Below, in pieces: positions 24,021 through 35,529 of a DNA stretch of 64,000 bases. Position numbers and translations under genes: made by a program. The DNA comes from Bacillota bacterium (GTDB taxonomy: Bacteria; Bacillota; Ch66; Ch109), in contig JBMNLH010000005.1 in NCBI GenBank assembly GCA_050952625.1, positions 1 through 64,000 of the forward strand. Direction: 5' to 3'. Each line of letters starts with the position of its first letter. The first letter of the stretch is position 1. The notes under the pieces were generated by a model, which saw nothing but the letters and a program-made list of their open reading frames with translations, was not told the origin of the DNA and did no database searches.

Positions 24021-25152
24021 ATGAGGTATTGTACAAAATGTATTCTTCCCGAAACCCACCAAACCATCAAGTTTAATCAAGAAGGAGTTTGCAGCGTTTG
24101 CGAACAAATAGATTATAGAGATACTGAAATTGATTGGGACGATAGACGCCGTATGCTTCAGGAACTAGTAGATCAATACCGCGATAAGGGTGAATATGAT
24201 TGTATTGTTCCTTTCAGTGGGGGTAAAGACAGTACTTTTCAGCTGTGGTATGTAGTTAAGGAGCTGGGATTAAAGCCTCTAGTGGTGCGCTTTGATCATT
24301 GGGGTTACCGCCCGAAGGTAGCTGAAAACAATGACACGCACTTTTAAATTGCTGGGGGTCGATGTTCTCCAGTTTACACCAAGCTGGCATGTTGTAAAAG
24401 AACTAATGTTGGAAGCCTTAAAGAGAACCGGGGATTTTTGCTGGCATTGCCATACCGGGGTTTATGCCCATACAATGCAGATTGCTATCCGCTATAATAC
24501 CCCTTTAATCATTTGGGGGGAAACTTTAGCTGAATATGCTTCGTGGTATTCTTATGATGAGTTTGAAGAAGTGGATGAGACGCGTTTTAACCGAGCTATG
24601 AACCTGGGAATTACAGCAGATGATATGTATGAGTTCCTGAACGGTAGAGTAAGCAAGAGGGATCTTTATCCGTTTGCCTATCCTCCCCGGGATGAATTAA
24701 TGAAAATTAAATGTCGGTCGATTTGTCTGGGTAATTATATCAAGTGGGATATAAAGAAACAGGTGGAAATTATTAAGCGTGAATTAGGTTGGGAAGGCCA
24801 GGAAGTGGAAGGGATACCTCCAGAATATGATTATGAAAAGATAGAGTGCCAATGGCAAGGTATTAGAGATTACTGTAAGTATATTAAGCGGGGATACGGT
24901 AGAACCAATCATTTGGTGTCCATTGATATACGAAATAAACGTTTGACCCGGGAAGAAGGATGGGCCTTGGCTGAGAAACATGATGGTAAAAGACCTGCTT
25001 CTCTGGATATTTTCTTGGAAAAACTGGGTTTGAGTGAGAAGGAGTTTGTTAATATAGTATCTCGTCATCGGGTAGAGCCGTGGCAATTCGACCAGGAGCA
25101 AGTAGAACCAGGGCAACCATTACCTGATATGGGTCAATGGACTCGTGGTTAA
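24021..25152 (+). CDS. N-acetyl sugar amidotransferase (WbpG/WbuX/PseA/PtmG family), frameshift near 24335
   Basis: YCTKCILP, CSVC, PP-loop SGGKDS, CWHCH, YIKRGYGR..IRNKRLTREE. Confidence 0.88.
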
Positions 25153-25178
25153 AATCGTGTAACAGAAGGTGTCTGAAG

Positions 25179-25830
25179 ATGAGAATGTCACTGACCAGGG
25201 AAAGACTATTATCTTATCTCTGTGCTCAACTAAATAACTTTTTCCCAGATGGAAGCCTGGTAAAACCAGAACATTTGGAGAATTCATTTGACTCACATAT
25301 TAAAAAGGGTAGAATATTGTTTTTCGCACGTTAACAACAAATACTTTCGCAGTGATGGTGAAACGGTATTCAATCACCTAAATGGTGATCAATATGCAAT
25401 GTTTCTATATTTTGCAGCAAATACAGTATATAAGGACAGTAATCAGTTAGAACTGGCCACTAAGATTTTTTTGCTGAATAAATATTTGCACGGTATTGAT
25501 GCCTTTTACGAAGTCGAGTTACCGGATATTTTTCTTTTTGTTCATCCCCTAGGTACCGTTTTGGGCAGGGGAAACTATTCGAATTATTTTGTTGTCTATC
25601 AGAGATGCAATATTGGCAGTAATCATGATATTTACCCCAGTATGGGTGAAAATCTTATTATGCATCCTGGCTCAGCGATTCTAGGTAATTGCAAGGTCGG
25701 GGACAATTGCAGGATAGCTACGGGTTCGTTATTGCTGGATATGGATTTGGAAGCGAATAGCATCTATATTGGTAATCCAAGCAACTACTCCATTAAGAAG
25801 TCAGAAGCTCGACCCAGTATCTGGTTGTAA
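25179..25830 (+). CDS. Serine-acetyltransferase-like hexapeptide acyltransferase, frameshift near 25290
   Basis: FNHLNGDQY, ELPDIFLFVHPLGTVLGR, left-handed beta-helix repeats. Confidence 0.75.
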
Positions 25831-25862
25831 TCTTTAATATTTGGTGGATAAGGTGATCTATT

Positions 25863-26953
25863 ATGAATACACAAGAGTTCGAAAAATTCCTAATTTCTAA
25901 AGATACGACTTTGCTTAAGGCAATGGAGCATCTAGATAACTGCTGCATCACGTAATGTTTATGTAGTAGACGATAATAATAGCCTGCAAGGATCATTAAG
26001 TGATGGTGATATTAGGAGAGCACTGCTTAAAGGGGCCAACATGGACGCATCGATAGATGATTATATGAACAAAATCCCCGTTTTATTGAGTACATAGACA
26101 GGGAAAAGACGGAACATATCAAAGCCCTTATGCTGGAACTGAACATTGAAACTGTGCCAGTATTAGACAATAATCATGTAGTAGTTGGTATCATTACATG
26201 GATAGACTTATTTTCTTCTCAAAAAGCAGTGGCGTATCAACCGAAATCCAATCCTGTTTTCATACTTGCGGGCGGAACTGGCTCCAGGCTTGATCCATTT
26301 ACCAGAATACTGCCGAAACCACTTATTCCGATAGATGATCAACCTATCATTGAGAAAATTATGGATAAGTTTTCTTACTATGGTTTCGATAATTTTATTC
26401 TGTCTTTATTCTATAAATCGGATATGATCAGAGCGTATTTTAGTGATAAAGATGTTATCCGTAAATATCGAACGGTTAGATTTTGTCCAGGAAGAGTTTC
26501 CTCTGGGAACCATAGGTAGCATAGATTTTGCCAGGAGCAAGTTAACTGATAGCTTTTTTATTAGTAATGCGGATATTCTTATTGAAGCCGACCTGAACAG
26601 TATTCTTCATTATCATCAGGATTCAGGGGCAGTATTAACCGTAGTTGGTTGTGTAAAAAACAGCGTTATTCCTTATGGGGTTCTACAGACTGATGAGAGG
26701 GGTTTGCTGGTAAATATCCAGGAAAAACCCTCTTGTAAGAGTATTATCAATACAGGGGTTTATGTAGCTGAACCAAAATTCTTAAATTATATCAAAGCAA
26801 ATACTAAACAAGATATGACTGATGTACTCAAGTCTATGTTAAGTGCTGGTGAAAAGAATCGGAGTTTATCCAGTATTAGAGGAACAGTGGTTTGACATAG
26901 GTCACTGGCTGGAATACGAAAGAACCCGGAAATATTTTGAACATAGAAAATAG
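25863..26953 (+). CDS. CBS-domain nucleotidyltransferase (PtmE/LegX-like), multiply frameshifted
   Basis: GSLSDGDIRRAL CBS motif, ILAGGTGSRL..PKPLIP, EEFPLGTIG, INTGVY, WFDIG. Confidence 0.82.
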
Positions 26954-26966
26954 AAGGGTACGTTCA

Positions 26967-27687
26967 ATGAATACTCTTTTTCTAATTACAGCCCGGGGTG
27001 GCTCCCGTGGTGTACCAAAGAAAAATATCTGTAAAATTGGAGGATTACCTTTACTAGCTTTCAAGGCAATAGCAGCTCGTAAATCTAATTACTGTACAAG
27101 ACTTATTATCAGTACAGATTCAGATGAAATTGCTGCTGTAGCAAGGGAATATGGTGTTGAAGTTCCGTTCATTAGACCTGCTGAACTTGCAACTGATAGT
27201 GCCAATAGCATGGATGTAATACTTCATGCTATGGATTGGATTGAAAAAAACGATTCGTTAGACTATGATGCTCTTTGTTTGCTTGAACCCTCAACGCCTT
27301 TCTTAACTCCAGAGGATGTGAACCAGGCAATTCAGTTGTATCAAGATAAAAATGCTCTTGGTGTACTTGGGGTCAAAGAGGTTAAAGATCATTCCATTTT
27401 TGTTTCACCTATTGGCGATGATTTAAATATGGCTCAGCATTATGAGAAAATGCGGGGAAATTATCATACTCCCCGCCAGGTTCTAATCCCTGAATATACA
27501 ATGAATGGAGCAATATACCTGGCAGAATGGGATTATTTAAAAGAATATCATACTTTTCATAGCCCTAGAACTTATGCTTATATCATGCCGGAAGAACGGT
27601 CAATTGAAATAGATGAGATGAACGATTTATATTATGCTTGTTATTCTGGTTGAAAAAGGATTGATAGATATAAATATTTGGAAATGA
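26967..27687 (+). CDS. neuA: Acylneuraminate cytidylyltransferase (NeuA/LegF), frameshift near 27645
   Basis: ARGGSRGVPKKN, ISTDSDEI, RPAELATD, NGAIY, SIEIDE. Confidence 0.9.
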
Positions 27688-27700
27688 GGCGTATGATTTT

Positions 27701-29001
27701 ATGAGTATCAATCGAAATTATCAAGAAATGGCTCATCGTTACATCCCAGCCGGAGCCCATACCTACAGCCGGGCAGATGATGGATACCCGGTAAATGCTC
27801 CTCCAATACTGGAAAAGGGAAAGGGGCTTATGTATGGGATTTGGAAGGCAATCGCTATCCTGGATTTTGGTATGGCTCTGAGAGCTGTCACGGTCGGATA
27901 CGATTATGAACGAATATCTAATGCTGCTATAGAGCAGATACATAATGGTAATAACCTGACCAGGGCCTCCAAAATTGAAATAGAGGCGGCACGCGATCTT
28001 TGCGAGTTAATACCCTGGGTTGATATGGTTAAGTTTGCTAAAAATGGTTCCACCGTTACATCTGCGGCGTTGAAGCTTGCTCGTGCTTATACCGGGAAAA
28101 AATATGTTGCCAGGTGTCTCCAGCACCCATTCTTCTCATATGATGACTGGTTTATAGGTGATACGGTTATGGATGCCGGCATACCGGAGGAATATAAATC
28201 ACTTACATTAAACTTCAATTTCAACGATTTGGCTTCAGCTGAACAACTCTTTCAAAAATATCCTGGACAAATAGCTGCGGTTATACTTGAACCTGCTACT
28301 ACCGAGGAACCGAAAGACGATTTTTTGAATCAATTAAAGGATTTATGCCATCGGAATGGGGCAGTGTTCATTCTGGATGAGATGATTACCGGATTCAGGT
28401 GGCATCTACAGGGAGCATCGGCTTACTATGGGGTTGAACCGGATCTGGTTACCTTTGGCAAGGGAATGGCCAATGGGTTTTCCGTTGCCGCCCTGGGTGG
28501 TAAACGGGAGATAATGGAACTGGGAGGTCTATTTAGCGACAAGGAACGAGTCTTTTTGATTTCTACCACACATGGGGCGGAAATGTGTGGATTAGGGGCA
28601 TTTGTTGAAACACTCAAGGTATATAAGGAATTAGATGTAATCAACCGGATATGGCAATCAGGTAGGATGCTGGTGGATGGTGCAAAGCTATAGCGAAGGA
28701 TATGGGAATAGGCGAATATTTCGAGTTCATAGGAGTGCCATGTTCACCTAATTTTATTACTAAAGATAAAACTGGGGAAGCTTCTCTGGAATATAGAACC
28801 TTGTTTGTTCAGGAAATGATAAAACAGGGAGTGCTCATGCCCTGGGTAGCCATAAGTTATTCACATGGTGATGAGGAGATTAACATCACATTGGAAGCTA
28901 TTAAACATAGTTTATTAGTCTATCGCAAAGCGCTGGAAGATGGTGTTGACAAATATCTAGAAGGTAGGCCGATAAAACCTGTATTTAGGAAGTGGAATTA
29001 G
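27701..29001 (+). CDS. Class-III PLP aminotransferase, glutamate-1-semialdehyde aminomutase-like (frameshifts near 27820-27860 and 28685)
   Basis: GAHTYSR, KFAKNGS, ILDEMITGFR, FGKGMANG, STTHG. Confidence 0.85.
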
Positions 29002-29780
29002 TTGTGAGAGTTGGATTATGTCAGTTGGATATTGCTTGGGAAGACAAATTAAAGAACCAGATTAAGGCGAAGCAGTACATTAAAGAAGCTTCGGGTGTCG
29101 GGGTAAGCCTATTGCTTTTTCCCGAAATGACATTGACCGGTTTTTCAATGAATATTGATAAAACTGCTGAAGCGAATGCGGAAACTCTTAATTTTTTTAA
29201 AGAACAAGCTATTAGATACCAGATAAACATTGGGTTTGGTTGGGTTGAGGCAGTTCAATCAAGGGCTAGGAATCATTACAGTGTAGTATCTGCTAGCGGG
29301 GTTTTATTATCTGATTATGTAAAGATACATCCATTTTCGTATGGTGGTGAAAGTACGTTTTTTGATCCAGGTAATAAGGTTGAATGTTTTAAAATCGATG
29401 GCGTCGGAATGGCATCATTTATTTGTTATGATTTAAGATTTCCCGAGATTTTTCAGGCGGTATCAAATAATACTGATTTAATTATCGTTGCGGCAAATTG
29501 GCCTGAGCTAAGAAAAAAACACTGGAGAATTTTATTAAAGGCTCGAGCAATAGAAAACCAAGTATACATAGTTGGTATTAATTGTGTTGGTATAAAAGGG
29601 GGGCTAACATACTCCGGTAATTCAATGATAATAGAGCCGGAAGGAAATATCATTGGCGAGGTTGAGAATAGAGAAGAACTAGTTATAGCCGATATTATGC
29701 AGGACAAGGTGATAGTTTATCGAGAGCAGTTTCCCTTAAAAAGTGATCGGCGGGTCGAACTCTACAAGTCCTTACTCTAG
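28992..29780 (+). CDS. Carbon-nitrogen hydrolase (nitrilase/amidase superfamily)
   Basis: Catalytic triad motifs FPEM, YVKIHPF, ICYDLRFPE; ARAIENQ. Confidence 0.92.
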   Translation: MELVVRVGLCQLDIAWEDKLKNQIKAKQYIKEASGVGVSLLLFPEMTLTGFSMNIDKTAEANAETLNFFKEQAIRYQINIGFGWVEAVQSRARNHYSVVSASGVLLSDYVKIHPFSYGGESTFFDPGNKVECFKIDGVGMASFICYDLRFPEIFQAVSNNTDLIIVAANWPELRKKHWRILLKARAIENQVYIVGINCVGIKGGLTYSGNSMIIEPEGNIIGEVENREELVIADIMQDKVIVYREQFPLKSDRRVELYKSLL

Positions 29781-29816
29781 TGAAATTTTGATCCATATTA
29801 ATAATGAGGTGAATAG

Positions 29817-30611
29817 GTGAATAATTATCATAACAGATTTTCCTTGGATAACAAGACTATTATTGTTACTGGAGCGTGTGGATTATTAGGCCGGGAAATA
29901 TGTAAAGCTTTAGCAGAATTTAATGCAAATATTGTGCTTGCAGATATAGACATATCAGCTGCTGAAAAGTTGCAAGATGAGCTTCGAAATATATATGGAG
30001 CATCGTATTATGCTTTCCCGCTGGATATTTGCTCAGAAGATTCAGTTAATAAATTAGTTAAGGAATTATCCAAGCGGTCAATTAACGTAGATGGCTTGGT
30101 TAACAACGCTTATCCTAGAAATGCAACATATGGAACAGTTTTTGAAAGGATTACAATGGATAGTTGGCGTGAGAATATTGATATGCATCTTAACGGTTAT
30201 TTTAATGTAAGCCAAAAAATAGCCCGTGTGATGATGCAACAGAGGCGGGGTAATATTGTTAACATTGCCTCTATTTATGGAATGCTGGGTCCGGACTTTA
30301 AAATTTACGAAGGGACAAATATGACTATGCCTGCAGAATATGCAGCCATAAAAGGTGCTATCATTAATTTCACTAGATACCTAGCTACATATTTGGCTGA
30401 TTATAATATACGTGTTAATACTCTTAGTCCTGGAGGAATATATAACGGACAACCTTCAACTTTTTTGAATAATTATTCCCTAAGGACTCCGATGAGACGA
30501 ATGGGTACACCTGAGGATATTGCAGGTGGGGTACTTTTTTTACTCAGTGACTTATCCAGCTATATGACAGGGCAGAATATGGTAATTGATGGGGGATGGA
30601 GTGCATGGTAG
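29817..30611 (+). CDS. SDR oxidoreductase (PtmA-like)
   Basis: TGACGLLG, NNAYP, ASIYG, YAAIK, SPGG, DGGWSAW. Confidence 0.88.
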   Translation: MNNYHNRFSLDNKTIIVTGACGLLGREICKALAEFNANIVLADIDISAAEKLQDELRNIYGASYYAFPLDICSEDSVNKLVKELSKRSINVDGLVNNAYPRNATYGTVFERITMDSWRENIDMHLNGYFNVSQKIARVMMQQRRGNIVNIASIYGMLGPDFKIYEGTNMTMPAEYAAIKGAIINFTRYLATYLADYNIRVNTLSPGGIYNGQPSTFLNNYSLRTPMRRMGTPEDIAGGVLFLLSDLSSYMTGQNMVIDGGWSAW

Positions 30612-30653
30612 AATCCCCGTTACCCGTAAGTAAAGGGAAAAGGCAGATAATAA

Positions 30654-31961
30654 TTGAGAAGGATTGAATCTTTAACTTATAACAGCAGGGCTATATTGCA
30701 ACGTATTTATTCTAGTGCCCTATTTCAATCAGCAGGGATTTATACCATAGCAAATGTGATTAACGCTGCAATCCCCTTTTTATTAATGCCAGTTTTAACT
30801 CGATACTTAACACCCGTTGATTATGGTATGGTTGCCATGTATGGTGTTTTGATTAGCTTCGTTACTCCTTTTGTTGGTTTTAATGTAGAAGGGGCCGTAG
30901 CCCGCCAGTATTATGAGCGTGATCAGGTGAATATGACTGCTTATGTGAGCAGTTGTTTTGGCATTTTATTATGCAGTACGGTAGTAGTATTTATTATATT
31001 TAACATTTTATCAGCACCACTGTCCCGAATTACTACGGTTCCACAGCAATGGTTATGGACGGTTGTATTGGTTTGTTTTATGCAGTTCATATGCCGAATG
31101 GCATTGGTCTTATGGCAGGTCCGTGTGATGCCCTCACGCTATGGTGTGTTTCAGATATCACAAACTGCATTGAATGCTGGTTTATCAGTTGTATTAGTTA
31201 TTCTGGTAGGGATGGCTTGGCAAGGTCGCTTAATCGCTCAGATAATCTCTGTATTTTTATTTGCTATTATAGCATTGGTAATATTGTTTCGTGACGGTTG
31301 GCTTAAATTAGAGTTAAGTAAACAGTACATATGCAATGCGCTTAATTTTGGTGTCCCATTAATACCACATACTTTAGGTGCAATTATCATTACGATGACC
31401 GACCGTCTTTTTATAACTAAGATGGTAGGTCTTGACGCTACTGGGTTATATACCGTAGGCTATCAGATAGGCATGATTATCATGATACTGCAAGACTCAT
31501 TTAATAAAGCCTATGTACCGTGGCTGTATGAGCGATTAAAAATGGATGATTTAATTATAAAAATTAGGCTTGTTAAGATTACCTACTTATATTTTTTAAT
31601 CATTATAAGCATCTCGCTTTTGCTAGGTTTAATTGCACCTTGGTTCTTAAGATTCTTTGTAGGAAAACAGTTTGTGGGATCAGCCATATTTGTAGTATGG
31701 ATAGCTCTTGGTTATGCTTTTAATGGCATGTATAAGATGGTGGTTAACTATATTTTTTATGCTCAAAAAACTGCTTATTTATCATGGATCACGTTTGGAT
31801 CTGCTTTAGTAAATATCGTTTTAAATTATTTTTTTATTTCATTTAACGGTGCGATTGGTGCAGCACAAGCTACCACATTTACATTTGCATTATCTTTTGT
31901 GGCAACGTGGATTCTTTCGAATAAAGTATACAAAATGCCCTGGCTTTTGAAGGAGATGTAG
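30654..31961 (+). CDS. wzx: Wzx oligosaccharide flippase
   Basis: Polytopic membrane protein; PFLLMPVLTRYLTPVDYG, TDRLFI..GLYTVG. Confidence 0.9.
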   Translation: MRRIESLTYNSRAILQRIYSSALFQSAGIYTIANVINAAIPFLLMPVLTRYLTPVDYGMVAMYGVLISFVTPFVGFNVEGAVARQYYERDQVNMTAYVSSCFGILLCSTVVVFIIFNILSAPLSRITTVPQQWLWTVVLVCFMQFICRMALVLWQVRVMPSRYGVFQISQTALNAGLSVVLVILVGMAWQGRLIAQIISVFLFAIIALVILFRDGWLKLELSKQYICNALNFGVPLIPHTLGAIIITMTDRLFITKMVGLDATGLYTVGYQIGMIIMILQDSFNKAYVPWLYERLKMDDLIIKIRLVKITYLYFLIIISISLLLGLIAPWFLRFFVGKQFVGSAIFVVWIALGYAFNGMYKMVVNYIFYAQKTAYLSWITFGSALVNIVLNYFFISFNGAIGAAQATTFTFALSFVATWILSNKVYKMPWLLKEM

Positions 31962-31965
31962 AACG

Positions 31966-33457
31966 ATGGTAGATATAGATTATATTAATGAGATCGAAAA
32001 TAAATATCCTGTTTTGGAATGGCGCGCTTGTGGCTTTTGTGTGTGGGCCCATACTCAGGATACAGATTACTACACAAATACTTTTACGCTCCACTGAAGG
32101 CTCAGGGAAGGTCAATCAAGTGGAAGCGCCACGTATATATAAACGGATTGCTAACTTAGCCAAAGGGCATATTAATGGAGTCATTAGTGGCATTAAAGAT
32201 AAAGGAAAAAATCAAAAAATAACTAAGGCTGATTTCATGTTTTTTAGTAACCCAATCTGCAGAGTATTAGTAAATAATTGCTGGTATGATAGGTTTTGTG
32301 ATCCAATAAGGCAGGAGTTAGATAAGAGAGGCTACTATAGCTTATATATGGAAATGCTACATGATTATCGTATTCCACGATATAATTCTGGGACTTTCAT
32401 ACAGTCAAAATTGGACCATTTTAAAATAGAATCTAGACTACTTATTAACGATACATCGGTAAGTAAATGGGAAGGATTTATTGGATTGACAGAAGAACTT
32501 GCGAATGATTGGAGTATAAAAATATCATTTAAACAAGTAATAAGATCTATTCGGTATGTCGATCGATTAAGCAATTGGTATTCGGACATTATTAAAAAAG
32601 CGCGAATAAAAGCGTGTTTTATGATTTGCTATTATTCTTTGGAAGGAATGGCGCTCAGCCTTGCATGTAGAAAATGCGGTATCCCTTCGATAGACATACA
32701 GCATGGTGTTCAAGGTTCTGGTCATCGTGCCTATAGTAGCTGGACAAAGGTACCCCGAAATGGATACGAATTGTTACCAACATTCTTTTGGTGTTGGTCA
32801 GACTATGAGGTAGATATTATTTCCGAATGGGGAAAAAAAGCAGTTGATCAACATAAAGCAATAGTTGCCGGAAACCCATGGTTAGATAAGTATCAACAGC
32901 TTGCAAAAAGTGGTGTGTACAGAGTAGAAAGCAAGGAATTAGACATGCTTATTCACAACAAAAGGCGGATATTATTAATATGCTTATCGGGTATTCCTAC
33001 TTTCGGAGTCGGCCTTGACGATTTTCTGCTTGATACAATGAAGAATTCAGACCCTTCCTTTTTATGGTTGGTAAGAATACACCCAAGTGAGCTATCATAT
33101 CAAGAAAGCATTTGTGCACAGCTAAAAGAGCGTGGAATAAGTAATTTTGATGTCGAATTGTCATCTAAACTTCCCTTGCCATTAATACTTGAACGCACGA
33201 ATATACATCTAACACATTGGTCTACTACTGCATTAGAAGCAGCAGCCTATAACATACCGACTATTTTTCTTGATAAAAAGGGACCAGAGTTTTTTAGAGA
33301 ACAAATATCATTTAATTTATTATATTTTGCAAATGATAGCGAATCGCTACATAGTGCAATTGATAACGCTAAATGTGTTAATAAAACATGTGGAAAATCA
33401 AATAATAGTCTTAAAGATAGTGTATCGCTGTTATTAAATACGATTAAGAAAAACTGA
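31966..33457 (+). CDS. Putative GT-B nonulosonate (sialyl-like) transferase, frameshift near 32045
   Basis: IQHG, RIHP and STTALEAA motifs typical of TagF/sialyltransferase-like GT-B proteins; lies next to wzx and the leg genes. Confidence 0.6.
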
Positions 33458-33535
33458 TCTATATTATTCGCAATCATATAGTCTTGAAGGTTACAATTTA
33501 GGGAAAGAACATGAATCTGTGAGTAAGGAGGCAAC

Positions 33536-35211
33536 GATCAAGTCCGTATAATGGTGTAAAAACAAAATGAGCCATAAATTCATTTCCTCGGTTAAGATAT
33601 AAGTGCCTATCAAATACCAAACCGAGGGAGGAATGAATCCATGACTCAGTTTAATATTACCCTAACCGAAGAACATTTACACGGACTTTTTGTTTCAAAT
33701 GGTCGGGATGAAGCATTTTCCAAACTACTGGAGGAGATCTTCAACCAAGTACTTTTAAAGCAGTCAGCAGAACAAATTGGTGCCGCCCCATATGAAAGAA
33801 CAGATGAACGGCTGGGCTACCGTAACGGCTTTCGGGAACGGCAGATGACCACCCGGGTTGGAACAATACATTTACGCGTTCCCCGCCATCGGAACGGTAA
33901 ATTTAGCACAGAACTCTTTGAACGCTATCAGCGCAGCGAACAGGCATTAGTCCTGGCATGATGGAAATGGTGGTCAACGGTGTCTCTACCCGTAAAGTCG
34001 AATCCATCACTGAAGAGCTTTGTGGCAAAAAATTTTCCAAGTCAACAGTCTCAGCTTTATGTAAAAAACTAGATCCATTAGTTCACACCTTTCGGACAAG
34101 ACCCCTGGAAAACCAATATCCATTTTTAATAGTGGATGCCCTCTACCTGAAAGTGCGAGAAGACAGCCGGGTACAGTCCAGGGGGCTCTTAATCGCCATC
34201 GGTGTAAACAAAGAAGGATGTCGTGAAATCATCGGTTTTCATGTAGCTAACACTGAATCTGAAAGCAGTTGGGGTGAACTCTTTGGTTCTCTTGAAGAAC
34301 GAGGACTAAAAAGTGTCCACCTGATCACTTCTGATAATCATAAAGGACTGGTAAATGCTATACAGAAACATTTTCAGGGAGCCACCTGGCAGCGGTGTCA
34401 AACCCATTTTTCCAGAAATATGTTGGACCAGACACCCAAGTCACACCAGCCGGAAATCAAAGAAGATTTACGACAACTCTATGAAGCAGTTGACATTGAA
34501 AGTGCCCGAGATACCCGGGATAAGATTATCAACAAATACGAATCCAAAGCACCGAAAGCTGTATGTCTTTTGGATGAAGCATTTGATGACATTACCGCCG
34601 TTTTAATCCTGCCACTAAAGTACCGAAAAAGACTACGCACCACTAACGGAGTGGAACGGCTCAACCAGGAAATACGGCGTCGTGAGCGGGTTATTCGCAT
34701 CTTTCCTAATGAACAGTCTGTGATTCGGCTGATGGGTGCACTACTAATGGAACAGGACGAGAAATGGCAAACAGGCCGTAAATATTTTGATATGGACCTG
34801 TACTACCAAGTGCTGCAAAAAAAAGCTTCCAATAATTCAGCCGTGGCTTAATGTGTTCATTCTCGACGCTACGTACCTAAAATTATCACACGGCCGCCCT
34901 TGACATGGAGGGCCTCTACAGCCCGTGTTTCGGAGAAGCGGCAGCGGGCCAGTGGATTGTTGTTAGAGGCACGCCCCTCTGCCTAGATAGGCTAACACGG
35001 GCTGCTCCTCCATGATAAAGGGTCTTCGCTTTGCTCCGATAAACGGCCTTTTGATTTAAGTTATTGCTTTACCTTTTAGAGAAATTGATAATTTCCATTC
35101 TCCATTCTTAATTATTTACATTCTTGGATTAAAACGGATGTTTGCATAGATAGGACAAAATCTTCACTACGTAGGTTGCCGAGGAAATTACACACTATTT
35201 TGGACTTGACT
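33536..35211 (+). mobile_element. IS256-family insertion sequence, 1676 bp, no target duplication
   Basis: Ends GATCAAGTCCGTATAATGGTGTAA and rc AGTCAAGTCCAAAATAGTGTGTAA, both IS256-type. The flanks GAGGCAAC and ACCACTGC differ. Confidence 0.9.
33641..34851 (+). CDS. IS256 (Mutator-like) transposase, frameshift at ~33958
   Basis: YRNG..RVPRHR, GVSTRKV, DALYLKVR, SDNHKGL, WQRCQTHF, TTNGVERLNQEIRRR. Confidence 0.93.
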
Positions 35212-35515
35212 ACCACTGCTGGCTTGGTTGCGATATATAGATGTACATGTAACACAATTTTCAACTTGCATTATTGAGGCAGAAGCCTTTAAAGTACCTT
35301 CAATTATAATTCATGAAAATGGAGTAGATATGTATAAGAAGCAAATAAAAAATGGCATAGCAAAAACGGCATTTAATGCACTTGACTTAAATAATAAAAT
35401 ACGCACTCTAACTCATGAAAAGCATAAAATGGGGTATTCAAATGATTTGGAAATTACTCAAAATGCTTTATTCGAAAAAATTATAAAGAAAATAGCTAAA
35501 GCAGAACTTACTTAG
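35212..35515 (+). pseudogene. C-terminal remnant of a paralogue of the 31966 transferase
   Basis: PLLAWLRYIDVHVTQFSTCIIEAEAFKVP aligns with PLPLILERTNIHLTHWSTTALEAAAYNIP; begins at the IS256 end. Confidence 0.7.
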
Positions 35516-35529
35516 ATTTACGAGTAGAA

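Noticed and set aside
33955-33962. Programmed frameshift in the IS256 or IS4 transposases
   Set aside because: These families normally use a single ORF, there is no slippery heptamer, and the same indel pattern affects neighbouring genes.
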